A stretch of DNA of 64,000 bases from Myxococcota bacterium. Lineage in GTDB: Bacteria > Myxococcota_A > UBA9160 > UBA6930. A program made the translations under genes and the position numbers. The notes under the pieces were generated by a model. That model saw nothing but the letters and a program-made list of their open reading frames with translations. It searched no databases and was not told the origin of the DNA. Location of the stretch: positions 1,952,001-2,016,000 of the forward strand of contig OZ245002.1 in NCBI GenBank assembly GCA_965223415.1. The letters run 5' to 3'. Of the stretch, positions 30,038 through 40,061 are shown piece by piece (position 1 is the first letter of the stretch; the number at the start of each line of letters is the position of its first letter).

Positions 30038-30601
30038 CTACCTCTTCGTCTTGAGCTCGGTGGCCTTGCGGGCGACGCGCACGGCCTCGAACGTCGTGCG
30101 CCGGTCGCCGCCGGGCCCGAACACCTGGGTGTCCGACCTCACCTCGAACCGGAGCCTGCCCTCTCCGACGACCTTGCCGGCCGTCGTGGCATGGAAGGGG
30201 GGGTAGGCCTTGCGGGGCATCATCGGTGCGCTGACGTCCATGCCGGGCACCTGGCCCTGGATGGTCTGCACCTCCGCCACCCCCGCGATCCGATCGCCCT
30301 TGAGGACCGCGTCTCCGTGGGAGATGAAAGAGAGGCTCGCGGGCCCGGTGTTGCCCTCGACGCGCTTCACGTCCGCCTCGACGAAGGTGGAGAGGCTCGG
30401 CCCGTCCTGGCGTACCACGAGCTTTCCGGTCATGACGAAGCGGTTCCCGGTCTCACCGACGAGGGTCTGGCCATCGATCTCGTAGATTCCGGCCACATCG
30501 TGCACGGGTTCGTCCTGGGCGGCTCCCGCGACGGCGGTGAGGAGGAGGACCAGACCGCCCGCGGCCGCGAGCGCTCGAACCATTCGAGGGGAGCAGCGCA
30601 T
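30038..30601 (-). CDS. Secreted hypothetical protein (beta-rich)
   Basis: GGAGGT RBS; signal peptide ending AGA; genome-like codon usage. Confidence 0.65.
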   Translation of the reverse strand: MRCSPRMVRALAAAGGLVLLLTAVAGAAQDEPVHDVAGIYEIDGQTLVGETGNRFVMTGKLVVRQDGPSLSTFVEADVKRVEGNTGPASLSFISHGDAVLKGDRIAGVAEVQTIQGQVPGMDVSAPMMPRKAYPPFHATTAGKVVGEGRLRFEVRSDTQVFGPGGDRRTTFEAVRVARKATELKTKR

Positions 30602-30679
30602 GGGATGTACCTCCAGGGGACATCCTGCGCCGGTCGCTCTCCCGGGGCAAGTCCCTCGTTCCAAGGGCCCCGAAGGGAA

Positions 30680-30711
30680 AGGGCCCCGCCGGCCGTAGCC
30701 GACGGGGCCCT
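30680..30711 (-). terminator. Intrinsic terminator-like hairpin after glnA
   Basis: AGGGCCCCGTCGGC-TACG-GCCGGCGGGGCCCT followed by a short T run on the minus strand. Confidence 0.65.
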
Positions 30712-30732
30712 CGCGTACACGGCTGCCCCGAC

Positions 30733-32148
<1,416 letters not shown>

Positions 32149-32238
32149 GAGTGCGTTCGTTCCTCTGGTTGGTGGAGGTGGGGGTGAAGGTCTGCGGGTC
32201 CGCCTCCGTCGGTTGGACCGCAGCGCGGCGGGGCGGCT

Positions 32239-33191
<953 letters not shown>

Positions 33192-33224
33192 CCCGCGCAG
33201 GAGGCGCCGTGCGCCTCGACGCGA

Positions 33225-33256
33225 AACGCCCGAGGCGGCAGGCCGCCCCGGGCGTT
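33225..33256. terminator. Hairpin between the convergent HTH and porin genes
   Basis: AACGCCCGAGGCGGC-AG-GCCGCCCCGGGCGTT. Confidence 0.55.
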
Positions 33257-33358
33257 CGTGTTACAGGACGCTTGGACTAAGAGCCGATCTCACCAATGTG
33301 AAACGCGTACCGGCCTTCCTCGGTGACACGGGCACGCTGGACGTTTCTGAGACGGGCT

Positions 33359-34684
33359 CTAGAAGGTGTAGATCACCTCGACGCCCGCGGTCACCTGGTC
33401 TTCCTCGGAGAACTCGGCCAGGCCGACGCCGAAGCTGTCGTCGTCGACGAACAGGTCCCCACCGTCGCTGATGTCGTCGTAGCGGACCTCGCCGCGCACC
33501 ATCAGGCTCTCGGTGAGCTTGTAGTCCACGGTTCCGGTGAGGCCCCAGACGCTGAGGTCGCTGCCGCCGCCAAAGAAGTCGTCGATGTCGACGTACTCAG
33601 CGCGGACCGCGATGCCGGTCCGCTCGCTGATCGCGTAACGGCTGGCCCAGGCGATCCCGAAGCCGTCGATGTCGGCTCCGCGGGAGTTCTCGGTGTCGAT
33701 GTAGTCGGCGTTGATGTAGGTCGTGAAGTTCTCGGACGGGCTGAAGGAGAGGATCACGTCGAGGATCGTCTCCTTGTCGCCGGCCGGGGCGTCGAAGCCG
33801 AGGCCGCTGTCCGAGCTGCCGTGGGCGCCGTTGAAGGACCAGGAGAACTGGTCCGCGCCACCACCGATCGACCACAGGACGGCCTTGTCGGTATTGCGGT
33901 CGATGTCGTTGGCCGGGAAGGAGCGCGTCTCGTTGACGAAGCCCAGAGAGACGTCGAGGCCGCCCACGCCGGCGGAGGCCAGCACGCCGGTGTGCGTGAT
34001 CGGCTGGAACAGGTTGTAGACGTGGCCGCGCGTGATGTTGAAGTTGTCCGGCGATTGCACCACCTCGGCGCCGATCACCGTGGCGAACTTGCCGAACTTC
34101 ATCTCCACCCCCTCGCCGATCGGCGCGAGGTACTGGATGTAGGCCTGGTACAGCTCGAAATCGTTGCCGCTGAAGCCGTCGCCTGCGCCGAAATCGCCGG
34201 AGAGGAGCCCCGCGTCCTTGCCGTAGGCCAGGTCGACGCGGAAGCCGGCGCGGTTCTCCTCGCTGACGCCGCGCTCCATCCAGATCCAGAACTGGTCCAG
34301 GGAGAAGCTGTTGGCGTCGGGATGGAACGGGTAGGCGAAGCCGCCGGTGTTCGAGCCCGCCAGGGCACGCCCGTCCGGATCGTTGAAGTTGTAGAAGTAG
34401 CTCCCCGAGAGCCAGCCGCCGATCTCGAGAGTGTCGAGGAACTGGGACAGGCCGTTCGAGGCCTGCTGGTCCATCTCCACCTGCTCGATCACGTGCTGCT
34501 GCGCCGAGAGGCGCTCGTTCGCGACAGCCAGCTGATCGGTGGTCGCTTGGAGGCGATCCTCCATCTGGCTCATCCGCTCCTGCATGGCGCGCATCTGCTG
34601 CGCCACGTCCTCGTCCGCTGCGGTCGCGCTCCACGGAACGCACATCGACAGGACGATCAAGCCCGCCAGCCATCGACGCTTCAT
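33359..34684 (-). CDS. Outer-membrane beta-barrel porin (BBP2/OmpL-like) with an N-terminal coiled coil
   Basis: Signal peptide, coiled coil, YFYNFN, LYQAYI, GKFATVIGAEV, VRGEVRYD, terminal YTF. Confidence 0.82.
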   Translation of the reverse strand: MKRRWLAGLIVLSMCVPWSATAADEDVAQQMRAMQERMSQMEDRLQATTDQLAVANERLSAQQHVIEQVEMDQQASNGLSQFLDTLEIGGWLSGSYFYNFNDPDGRALAGSNTGGFAYPFHPDANSFSLDQFWIWMERGVSEENRAGFRVDLAYGKDAGLLSGDFGAGDGFSGNDFELYQAYIQYLAPIGEGVEMKFGKFATVIGAEVVQSPDNFNITRGHVYNLFQPITHTGVLASAGVGGLDVSLGFVNETRSFPANDIDRNTDKAVLWSIGGGADQFSWSFNGAHGSSDSGLGFDAPAGDKETILDVILSFSPSENFTTYINADYIDTENSRGADIDGFGIAWASRYAISERTGIAVRAEYVDIDDFFGGGSDLSVWGLTGTVDYKLTESLMVRGEVRYDDISDGGDLFVDDDSFGVGLAEFSEEDQVTAGVEVIYTF

Positions 34685-34735
34685 CTTCCCAATCCCTCCT
34701 GGTGGTGATGCCCCATGCACTGCCCGACGCGAGAA

Positions 34736-34751
34736 TGCAACCCGCGTACCG
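34736..34751 (-). promoter_or_regulatory. sigma54 promoter of the porin gene
   Basis: CGGTAC-GCGGG-TTGCA about 50 bp upstream of the ATG. Confidence 0.6.
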
Positions 34752-34855
34752 TCGCCGACCGGCCTTCGCGGCCCACGCTCCGTGCGCGTGCAGGCACAGC
34801 TGAGCGGGAAACGGAACCTCTCTCCTCGGATCGATCGGGCGGGGCTAGGGGGGTG

Positions 34856-34893
34856 TGCCCCGATGGGAGGCGTGCGTGCTTGGGAATAGGGCA
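34856..34893. promoter_or_regulatory. Tandem NtrC-like enhancer sites for the porin promoter
   Basis: TGCCCCGATGGGAGGCG and TGCTTGGGAATAGGGCA, starts 21 bp apart, about 105-140 bp upstream of the -24 box. Confidence 0.5.
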
Positions 34894-34946
34894 CGGGCAC
34901 ACCGGTGGCAACCGGGAAAGACCCTCACCGGAACGAGGCCGCCCGC

Positions 34947-35642
34947 TCAGTCGGAGGGCCAGAGATCGTGCGCGTCGAGCCAAGCCCAGGTACGCGAACA
35001 CGTTCCCATGGCGTCCGGTGTGGCACGCAGCACGCGGAGATCGTCCGCCGTGTCGATGTCGAAGCCCTCGGGGAGCAGCTCGGCGCGCAGCCCGAGACTC
35101 GCCGCCTGCGCCAGGGTGTCGCGAAGGACGGAGCCCGTGCTCATGGGGTGGTCGAACAGGCCGGGGGCCGGCCGGCGCAGGCCCACCAGGTTGTAGCCTC
35201 CGTCGCGGTCCGGGCAGAGCACGAGTTCGGCGCGGGCGAGGGCCGCAAGGGCGCCGGCCAGGGTGGCGCCGTCCAGGGCTGGACTGTCGCTGCCCCGCAC
35301 GAGGATTGGGCCGAAGCCCTCTGCCGCCGCCGCGGCGATGGCGTGCTCCATGCGTTCGGAGAGGTCGGCGCCCTGCTGGCCGACCACCGAGCAGCCCGGC
35401 GGCACCGGCACGCCTGGTGCGCCGACGGCACCTTCCGGGTGGATCGCGAGGCGCAGCGCCAGCCCCAGGGGCGGTGCCGCCCGCGCCATCGCCTCGAGCA
35501 CGTCCTCGAGCAGACACGCGTAGAACCCGGCGGCCTGCTCGGCCGTGAAGGGCGGACACAGCCTCGTCTTCACGGCGCCGGGCGCGGGACGCTTGGCGAA
35601 GACGATCAGCAGCGGGCCCCGGCCGGGCTCGCCGCGGCTCAC
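34947..35642 (-). CDS. DUF2064/TIGR04282-type glycosyltransferase-fold protein (CofC-like)
   Basis: VFAKRPAPGAVKTRL, QQGADLSERM, GSDSP, DGGYNLVG, DIDT..DL. Confidence 0.85.
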   Translation of the reverse strand: MSRGEPGRGPLLIVFAKRPAPGAVKTRLCPPFTAEQAAGFYACLLEDVLEAMARAAPPLGLALRLAIHPEGAVGAPGVPVPPGCSVVGQQGADLSERMEHAIAAAAAEGFGPILVRGSDSPALDGATLAGALAALARAELVLCPDRDGGYNLVGLRRPAPGLFDHPMSTGSVLRDTLAQAASLGLRAELLPEGFDIDTADDLRVLRATPDAMGTCSRTWAWLDAHDLWPSD

Positions 35643-36598
35643 GGCGCGAAGGGCAGGGGGGCGACCTCGGCCTCGGCTTCGCCGCCATCCACCCGCAGCC
35701 GCGCGCCGGGCGTGGCCAGCTCCGCCTTCACGTAGCCGATGCCGATCGGCCCGAGGGCGGGCGAGTCGAGCGCGCTCGTCACCTCGCCCGCCCGGCGGCC
35801 CTCGTGGGCCAGCTCGGTGCCCGGTGCCGGCGGCGTGCCGGGGAAGCGCAGGCCGACGAGCAGATGGTTCGCGCGGCCGCGGCTGCGCATCCGCGCCACG
35901 ACCTCCTGGCCGGTGTAGCAGCCCTTCGTCTCGGAGACGGCGGCGTCCAGGCGCGCCTCGGCGGGCAGCACGGACTCGTCGAGCTCCCGGCCCATGAGCG
36001 GCTCTCCCATCTCGACCCGTAGGCACTCGGCGGCGTCGGGCTCGCCGTCCACCAGGCCGTGGCCCGCACCTGCCTCGCGCAGCGCCCGGGCGACCGCCTC
36101 GCCGTGGCCGGCCGGGACGAAGAGCTGGAGGCCGGGCAGCCCGGTCAGGCTGAAGGCCGCGACGCGGACCTCCTGGCCCGCGAGCTCGGCGTGGCAGCTC
36201 CCGCCGGCCTCCGGCACCGGGAGGATCGGCGGCAGCCGGCCGCCTTCGACGGACCAGCGCTCGAAGTCGTCGCTGCGATCCGCGAGGGTGACGTCGTCAG
36301 CGATGACGAAGCCCTCGAGGCGCTCGATCACGGGCCCGGCGGCGGCGCGCGGAAGCTCGAGCCAGAAGGCGTCGTCCGTGCACAGGACGTTCAGGTCCGC
36401 GGTGATGCGGCCCTGGCGGGTGAGCAGCAGCGCGCGGCAGCCGTCGCCCTGCGCGAGCGTCGTGACGTCGTTGGTCAGCATGCCGTCGAGCCAACGCACG
36501 CGCTCGCTCCCGCCCACCTCGATGACGCCGCGGTCGGGGCGCGGGAACAGGCCCGCACCGCTGCGGATCGCCGCCACCCGCTCGGCGAGGCCCGTCAC
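35639..36598 (-). CDS. ygfZ: YgfZ/GcvT-family folate-binding protein
   Basis: KGCYTGQEVVAR signature; GcvT-like N- and C-terminal regions. Confidence 0.82.
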   Translation of the reverse strand: MTGLAERVAAIRSGAGLFPRPDRGVIEVGGSERVRWLDGMLTNDVTTLAQGDGCRALLLTRQGRITADLNVLCTDDAFWLELPRAAAGPVIERLEGFVIADDVTLADRSDDFERWSVEGGRLPPILPVPEAGGSCHAELAGQEVRVAAFSLTGLPGLQLFVPAGHGEAVARALREAGAGHGLVDGEPDAAECLRVEMGEPLMGRELDESVLPAEARLDAAVSETKGCYTGQEVVARMRSRGRANHLLVGLRFPGTPPAPGTELAHEGRRAGEVTSALDSPALGPIGIGYVKAELATPGARLRVDGGEAEAEVAPLPFAP

Positions 36599-37617
36599 GA
36601 AGCGTGCTCCGGCAGCCGCGCCACCGTCAGGTCCGCACGCGGCTCCGGCAGCGCGGGAGGTCCGTAGCGAGCGCGCACCGCCTCCTCCTGGCGCGCGTGC
36701 CAGTCGTCCCAGCGCTCTTGCATGACATCGAAATCGCGCTCGTTGTCCACGTCGACAGCGCAACCGCCACCCTCGGTGATGACGAAGCGGAAGCGGGTCG
36801 CCAGTAGCGCGCCCACCGCCCGCTCGACCCGCTCCAGGGCGATCCAGCTGCGCAGCCGATCCGCGAGCCAGCGCCAGCGGTGACGGTCGAACACGCCGGC
36901 CAGGTGCATCAGGCCGTAGTAGCCGAGTACGCGCAGGCCGCCGCCTTCGTCCCAGAAGATCCGCCACGCCAGCGCCAGCGCGTTGCCGAGTTGCTTCTGG
37001 TAGCGGTGCTCGTACATCTCCTCGATGTAGTTGCGTTTGCCGAGCTTCGGCGGCCGCACCAGGTGCAGGTTGCTCTGGCGCACGCGCCCCTCCCGCAGGT
37101 TGAAGTACGCCATCTCGATGCCCGGCGCGTCGGCGGTCGGGTAGAAGGGCGCCATGCTCTCCTCGGTCACGAGCCCGAGGGAGTAGTCGACGTCCTGGGC
37201 GATGGACTGCTGGATGAACGCGGAGATCTCCTGGGAGCTCGCCATCGGGATGTCCGAGGAGAGGAAGAGGACGAGCTGCTCCGCCTCCTCCGGCGTCGGA
37301 TCCCGGCCGGCGGGCCCGGCCCCGGGCAGGAGCCGCCGGTACGTCTCCCAGACGTTCTCGAGCAGGTTGCGGAACTGCGGCACCACCGCGAGCGGCTTCA
37401 CGAGCTGCCCCTCGAGCTCGCGCCGGAAGATCTCCTCCAGCCGCTCCGCATTCCCGACGACCCAGACCTCGCTCACCTCGGGCACCCGCTGCAGCACCGC
37501 CACCGCATGGGAAACGAGGCTCATCCCCCCCAGCTCGAGGTACGCCTTGTTGCCCCCGTAGACCGCCTTGGCGGCCCGGCCGTCCCCAGCCGCAACGATG
37601 GCAGGCACTTGTTCCAT
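36595..37617 (-). CDS. MobA-like nucleotidyltransferase-fold protein
   Basis: IVAAGDGR...NKAYLEL, SSDIP, VDVD. Confidence 0.75.
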   Translation of the reverse strand: MEQVPAIVAAGDGRAAKAVYGGNKAYLELGGMSLVSHAVAVLQRVPEVSEVWVVGNAERLEEIFRRELEGQLVKPLAVVPQFRNLLENVWETYRRLLPGAGPAGRDPTPEEAEQLVLFLSSDIPMASSQEISAFIQQSIAQDVDYSLGLVTEESMAPFYPTADAPGIEMAYFNLREGRVRQSNLHLVRPPKLGKRNYIEEMYEHRYQKQLGNALALAWRIFWDEGGGLRVLGYYGLMHLAGVFDRHRWRWLADRLRSWIALERVERAVGALLATRFRFVITEGGGCAVDVDNERDFDVMQERWDDWHARQEEAVRARYGPPALPEPRADLTVARLPEHAS

Positions 37618-37630
37618 AGAACGAACCAGC

Positions 37631-37675
37631 GTACCCCGCCCCGAAGTACCCGGCCTCGAAGTACCCCGCCCCGAG
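37631..37675. repeat. 3 x 15-bp tandem repeat
   Basis: GTACCCCGCCCCGAA / GTACCCGGCCTCGAA / GTACCCCGCCCCGAG. Confidence 0.85.
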
Positions 37676-37791
37676 GGAAGGCTGCGAGCGGCCGAAGGCC
37701 GCAAGCGAAGCCCGAGGCAAGCGCCCTAGGCGCGCGCAGCGAGGCCCCGTGAGCCTTCGGCCCAGGGGAGCCGAGCGAAGCTCGCACGAAA

Positions 37792-37867
37792 TGGTGGAGC
37801 CGAGCGGGATCGAACCGCCAACCTCCGCGTTGCGAACGCGGCGCTCTCCCAATTGAGCTACGGCCCC
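37792..37867 (-). tRNA. tRNA-Ala (anticodon CGC)
   Basis: 76 nt, GGGGCCGTAGCTCAATTGGGAGAGCG...TTCGCAA loop...GGTTCGATCC...CTCCACCA; G3:U70 pair; encoded CCA. Confidence 0.97.
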
Positions 37868-37882
37868 GTCAGGAAAGGAGAA

Positions 37883-37934
37883 ACGGTAGGCGTCGCGTTG
37901 GAGGCTTGCAACGGCGGCCCGGGCTCCCCACGCT
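37883..37934. promoter_or_regulatory. Divergent sigma70 promoters (tRNA-Ala / usp) sharing one palindromic -35
   Basis: TTGCAA at 37906-37911; 17 bp to TACCGT (minus) and 17 bp to CACGCT (plus). Confidence 0.5.
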
Positions 37935-37941
37935 AAGGGGC

Positions 37942-38388
37942 ATGGCCGTGGAGATCCGGCGAATCCTCGTCCCGATCGACTTCTCCGAGCATGCCGAGCC
38001 CGTCCTGGAGTGGGCCGCGCACCTGGCGGAGGAGCACGGCAGCGAGGTGATCCTCCTCCACGCCTACCACCTGCCGGTCGAGTTCCAGCAGCTCGAGGGC
38101 GCCTACCTCCCCCAGGACTTCTGGGACACGGTCAAGGACGAGGGACGCCAGGGCCTGGCCGACCACGAAGAGGCCCTGCGCACCCGCGGCCTGCAGGTGC
38201 GCTCGGTCGTCCGAGAGGGCTATCCCGCCACCGTGATCGAGGAGGAGGCCGCCGCCGAGCAGGTGGACCTGATCGTGCTGGGCACCCACGGCCTCTCCGG
38301 CCTCAAGCACCTGCTCCTCGGCAGTATCGCCGAGCGCGTCGTCCAGAAAGCCCCCTGCCCCGTCCTCACCGTCAAGCTCCCCGACTGA
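37942..38388 (+). CDS. Universal stress protein
   Basis: ILVPIDFS, DLIVLGTHG..G...LLGSIAERVVQKAPCPVL. Confidence 0.94.
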   Translation: MAVEIRRILVPIDFSEHAEPVLEWAAHLAEEHGSEVILLHAYHLPVEFQQLEGAYLPQDFWDTVKDEGRQGLADHEEALRTRGLQVRSVVREGYPATVIEEEAAAEQVDLIVLGTHGLSGLKHLLLGSIAERVVQKAPCPVLTVKLPD

Positions 38389-38389
38389 C

Positions 38390-38458
38390 GTGAGACAAAG
38401 GGACGTTCCTGACTGTCTCACGCTTCGTGAGACAGTCAGGAACGTCCCTTTGTCTCAC
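38390..38458. repeat. Perfect palindrome, 33-bp arms and 3-nt loop, with nested inverted repeats
   Basis: GTGAGACAAAGGGACGTTCCTGACTGTCTCACG-CTT-exact reverse complement. Confidence 0.95.
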
Positions 38459-40061
38459 TCTTCTCGCCGAGCTTGCCGGCGGGGTGGCGGGCGTGGTAGG
38501 CGGCGCGGGTGAAGCCGCGCTCCTCTTCGAGGGCGGCGGAGAGGGCGGCAAGGACGAGGAGCTCGGCGGCGACGCTGGCGCGGGGGGCCAGGCCGAGGCC
38601 GCCGCCTTCGCGCGCGACGCCGGCCTCGAGCACCACCTCGGCCTCCGCAGCGAGGGGGGACGACGCATCGCCGGTGACGGCGATGATCCTCGCCCCGAGG
38701 CCCCGCGCCGCCCGGGCCGTCGCCGTGAGTTCGGTGGCGCCGCTGTTGCTGATGGCGATCACTACGTCGCCCGCCACGATCTGGCCGGCGCTGCCGTGCA
38801 CCGCCTCGGTGCCGTGCAGGAACGTCGCAGGGGTTCCCGTCGAGCTGAGCAGGGAGGCCGCGTAGTGGGCCACGTGCTCGGGCTTGCCGATGCCGGTGAC
38901 GTGCACGCGGCCACCGGCCGCTTCGCAGGCGCGGATGCAGGCCACCGCTGCGTCAAAGGCGCTCCGGTCGATGCGCTCGCGAAGCGCAGCGAGCTCCTCG
39001 ACGGCCACGTCGAAAGCGCGTAGGGCGCGCTCGGCGGACGGGGTGGCCGCGCGGGTCACGGCCTCGGGCAGCGCCAGCTCCACCGGCGCGCCGTCGTAGA
39101 GCTCGCGCACCCGCGCGAGGGCGGCGGCCGGATCGTCGGGAAAGGCGCCGAGCTTCTCGACGCAGGCTGCGCCGCAGGCGCAGCCGAGCCGCGCCGCATC
39201 CTCCCAGCCCAGCCCCTGGGCCAGCGCCACCAGCAGCCCGCCCAGGAAGGCGTCGCCGGCTCCGGTGGTGTCGACCACCTCCTTCGCCGGGCGTGCCGGC
39301 ACACGCAGCGCGGTGCCCTCGGCCGCGAGTGCGCAGCCCGCCGCGCCGTCGGTCACCACCACGGCGCCGCTCCCGTAGCGCTCGCGCAGGGCCTGGGCCA
39401 CGGCCAGGGCATCGCCGGCGGCCTCGGGCACGAGCTCCGCCGCGGCGGCCTTGGCCGGCTTCAGCACGTCGGCCGCCTGTAGCAGCGCCTCGAGAGTCTC
39501 GGCGTCGCCGAGGCCCGGCACGGCGTCGGAGGGTGGCACGTCCAGGTCCAGCAGCGTCGGCACGCCGGCCTCCCGCGCGATCGTCAGCACGGCGAGGGCG
39601 GTCTCGAGGGGCAGCTGCGACACCTCGGTGGTCACCCGCGCGGCGCCGCCGATGAACGCCGCGTGGTGCTCGCGCACGAAGGCCGGCGTCGTCTCGGAGG
39701 TGGCGCCCGGGGCCATGTAGATGGCGCGCTCGCCTTCGTCGTCGACGAAGATGTCGGCTAAGGTGCTGGCCGAGCCGTCGAGCACGATGCGCCGCTCGAT
39801 GCCGAGGCGGTCCATCGCTGCGCGGAGGTAGCGCCCGCCGGCGTCGTCCGCCTGCCGTCCGAAGATGCCGGTCGGCAGTCCGAGAGCCGCGGCCCAGCCG
39901 AGATGGTTCAGCACCACGCCGCCGACCCTCTGCTCCTCCGTCACGCCCTCCCGGGCGTGGATCATGCCCTTCTCCTCGCCTCCGAGGATGCGCCGCACGC
40001 GGCGGATGCGATCCACCGCCATCGAACCGATGCCGATGGTGCGGCCGTGGCGGTCGCTCAC
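38436..40061 (-). CDS. PfkB-family sugar kinase fused to a KdsD/KpsF-like SIS isomerase
   Basis: GGVVLN, DLDVP, VTDGAAG, DTTGAGDAF; then VTGIGKPEH..SSTGTP..EAVHG..ISNSG and HPAGKLG. Confidence 0.88.
   Translation of the reverse strand: MSDRHGRTIGIGSMAVDRIRRVRRILGGEEKGMIHAREGVTEEQRVGGVVLNHLGWAAALGLPTGIFGRQADDAGGRYLRAAMDRLGIERRIVLDGSASTLADIFVDDEGERAIYMAPGATSETTPAFVREHHAAFIGGAARVTTEVSQLPLETALAVLTIAREAGVPTLLDLDVPPSDAVPGLGDAETLEALLQAADVLKPAKAAAAELVPEAAGDALAVAQALRERYGSGAVVVTDGAAGCALAAEGTALRVPARPAKEVVDTTGAGDAFLGGLLVALAQGLGWEDAARLGCACGAACVEKLGAFPDDPAAALARVRELYDGAPVELALPEAVTRAATPSAERALRAFDVAVEELAALRERIDRSAFDAAVACIRACEAAGGRVHVTGIGKPEHVAHYAASLLSSTGTPATFLHGTEAVHGSAGQIVAGDVVIAISNSGATELTATARAARGLGARIIAVTGDASSPLAAEAEVVLEAGVAREGGGLGLAPRASVAAELLVLAALSAALEEERGFTRAAYHARHPAGKLGEKSETKGRS

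Noticed and set aside
33260..33358. Possible 3'UTR-derived sRNA or parS-like site after the porin
   Set aside because: There is only a partial GTGAAAC half-site and no recognisable RNA family; unsupported without expression data.
37631..37675. Possible CRISPR array
   Set aside because: The 15-bp units are contiguous with no spacers, and there are no cas genes in the window.
35639..37852. 737-aa ORF starting inside the tRNA
   Set aside because: Only 35639-36598 (YgfZ) is real; the upstream part overlaps the tRNA and another frame's gene.
34947..37867. Genomic island integrated at tRNA-Ala
   Set aside because: I saw no integrase, no duplicated tRNA 3' end, and the composition matches the host.
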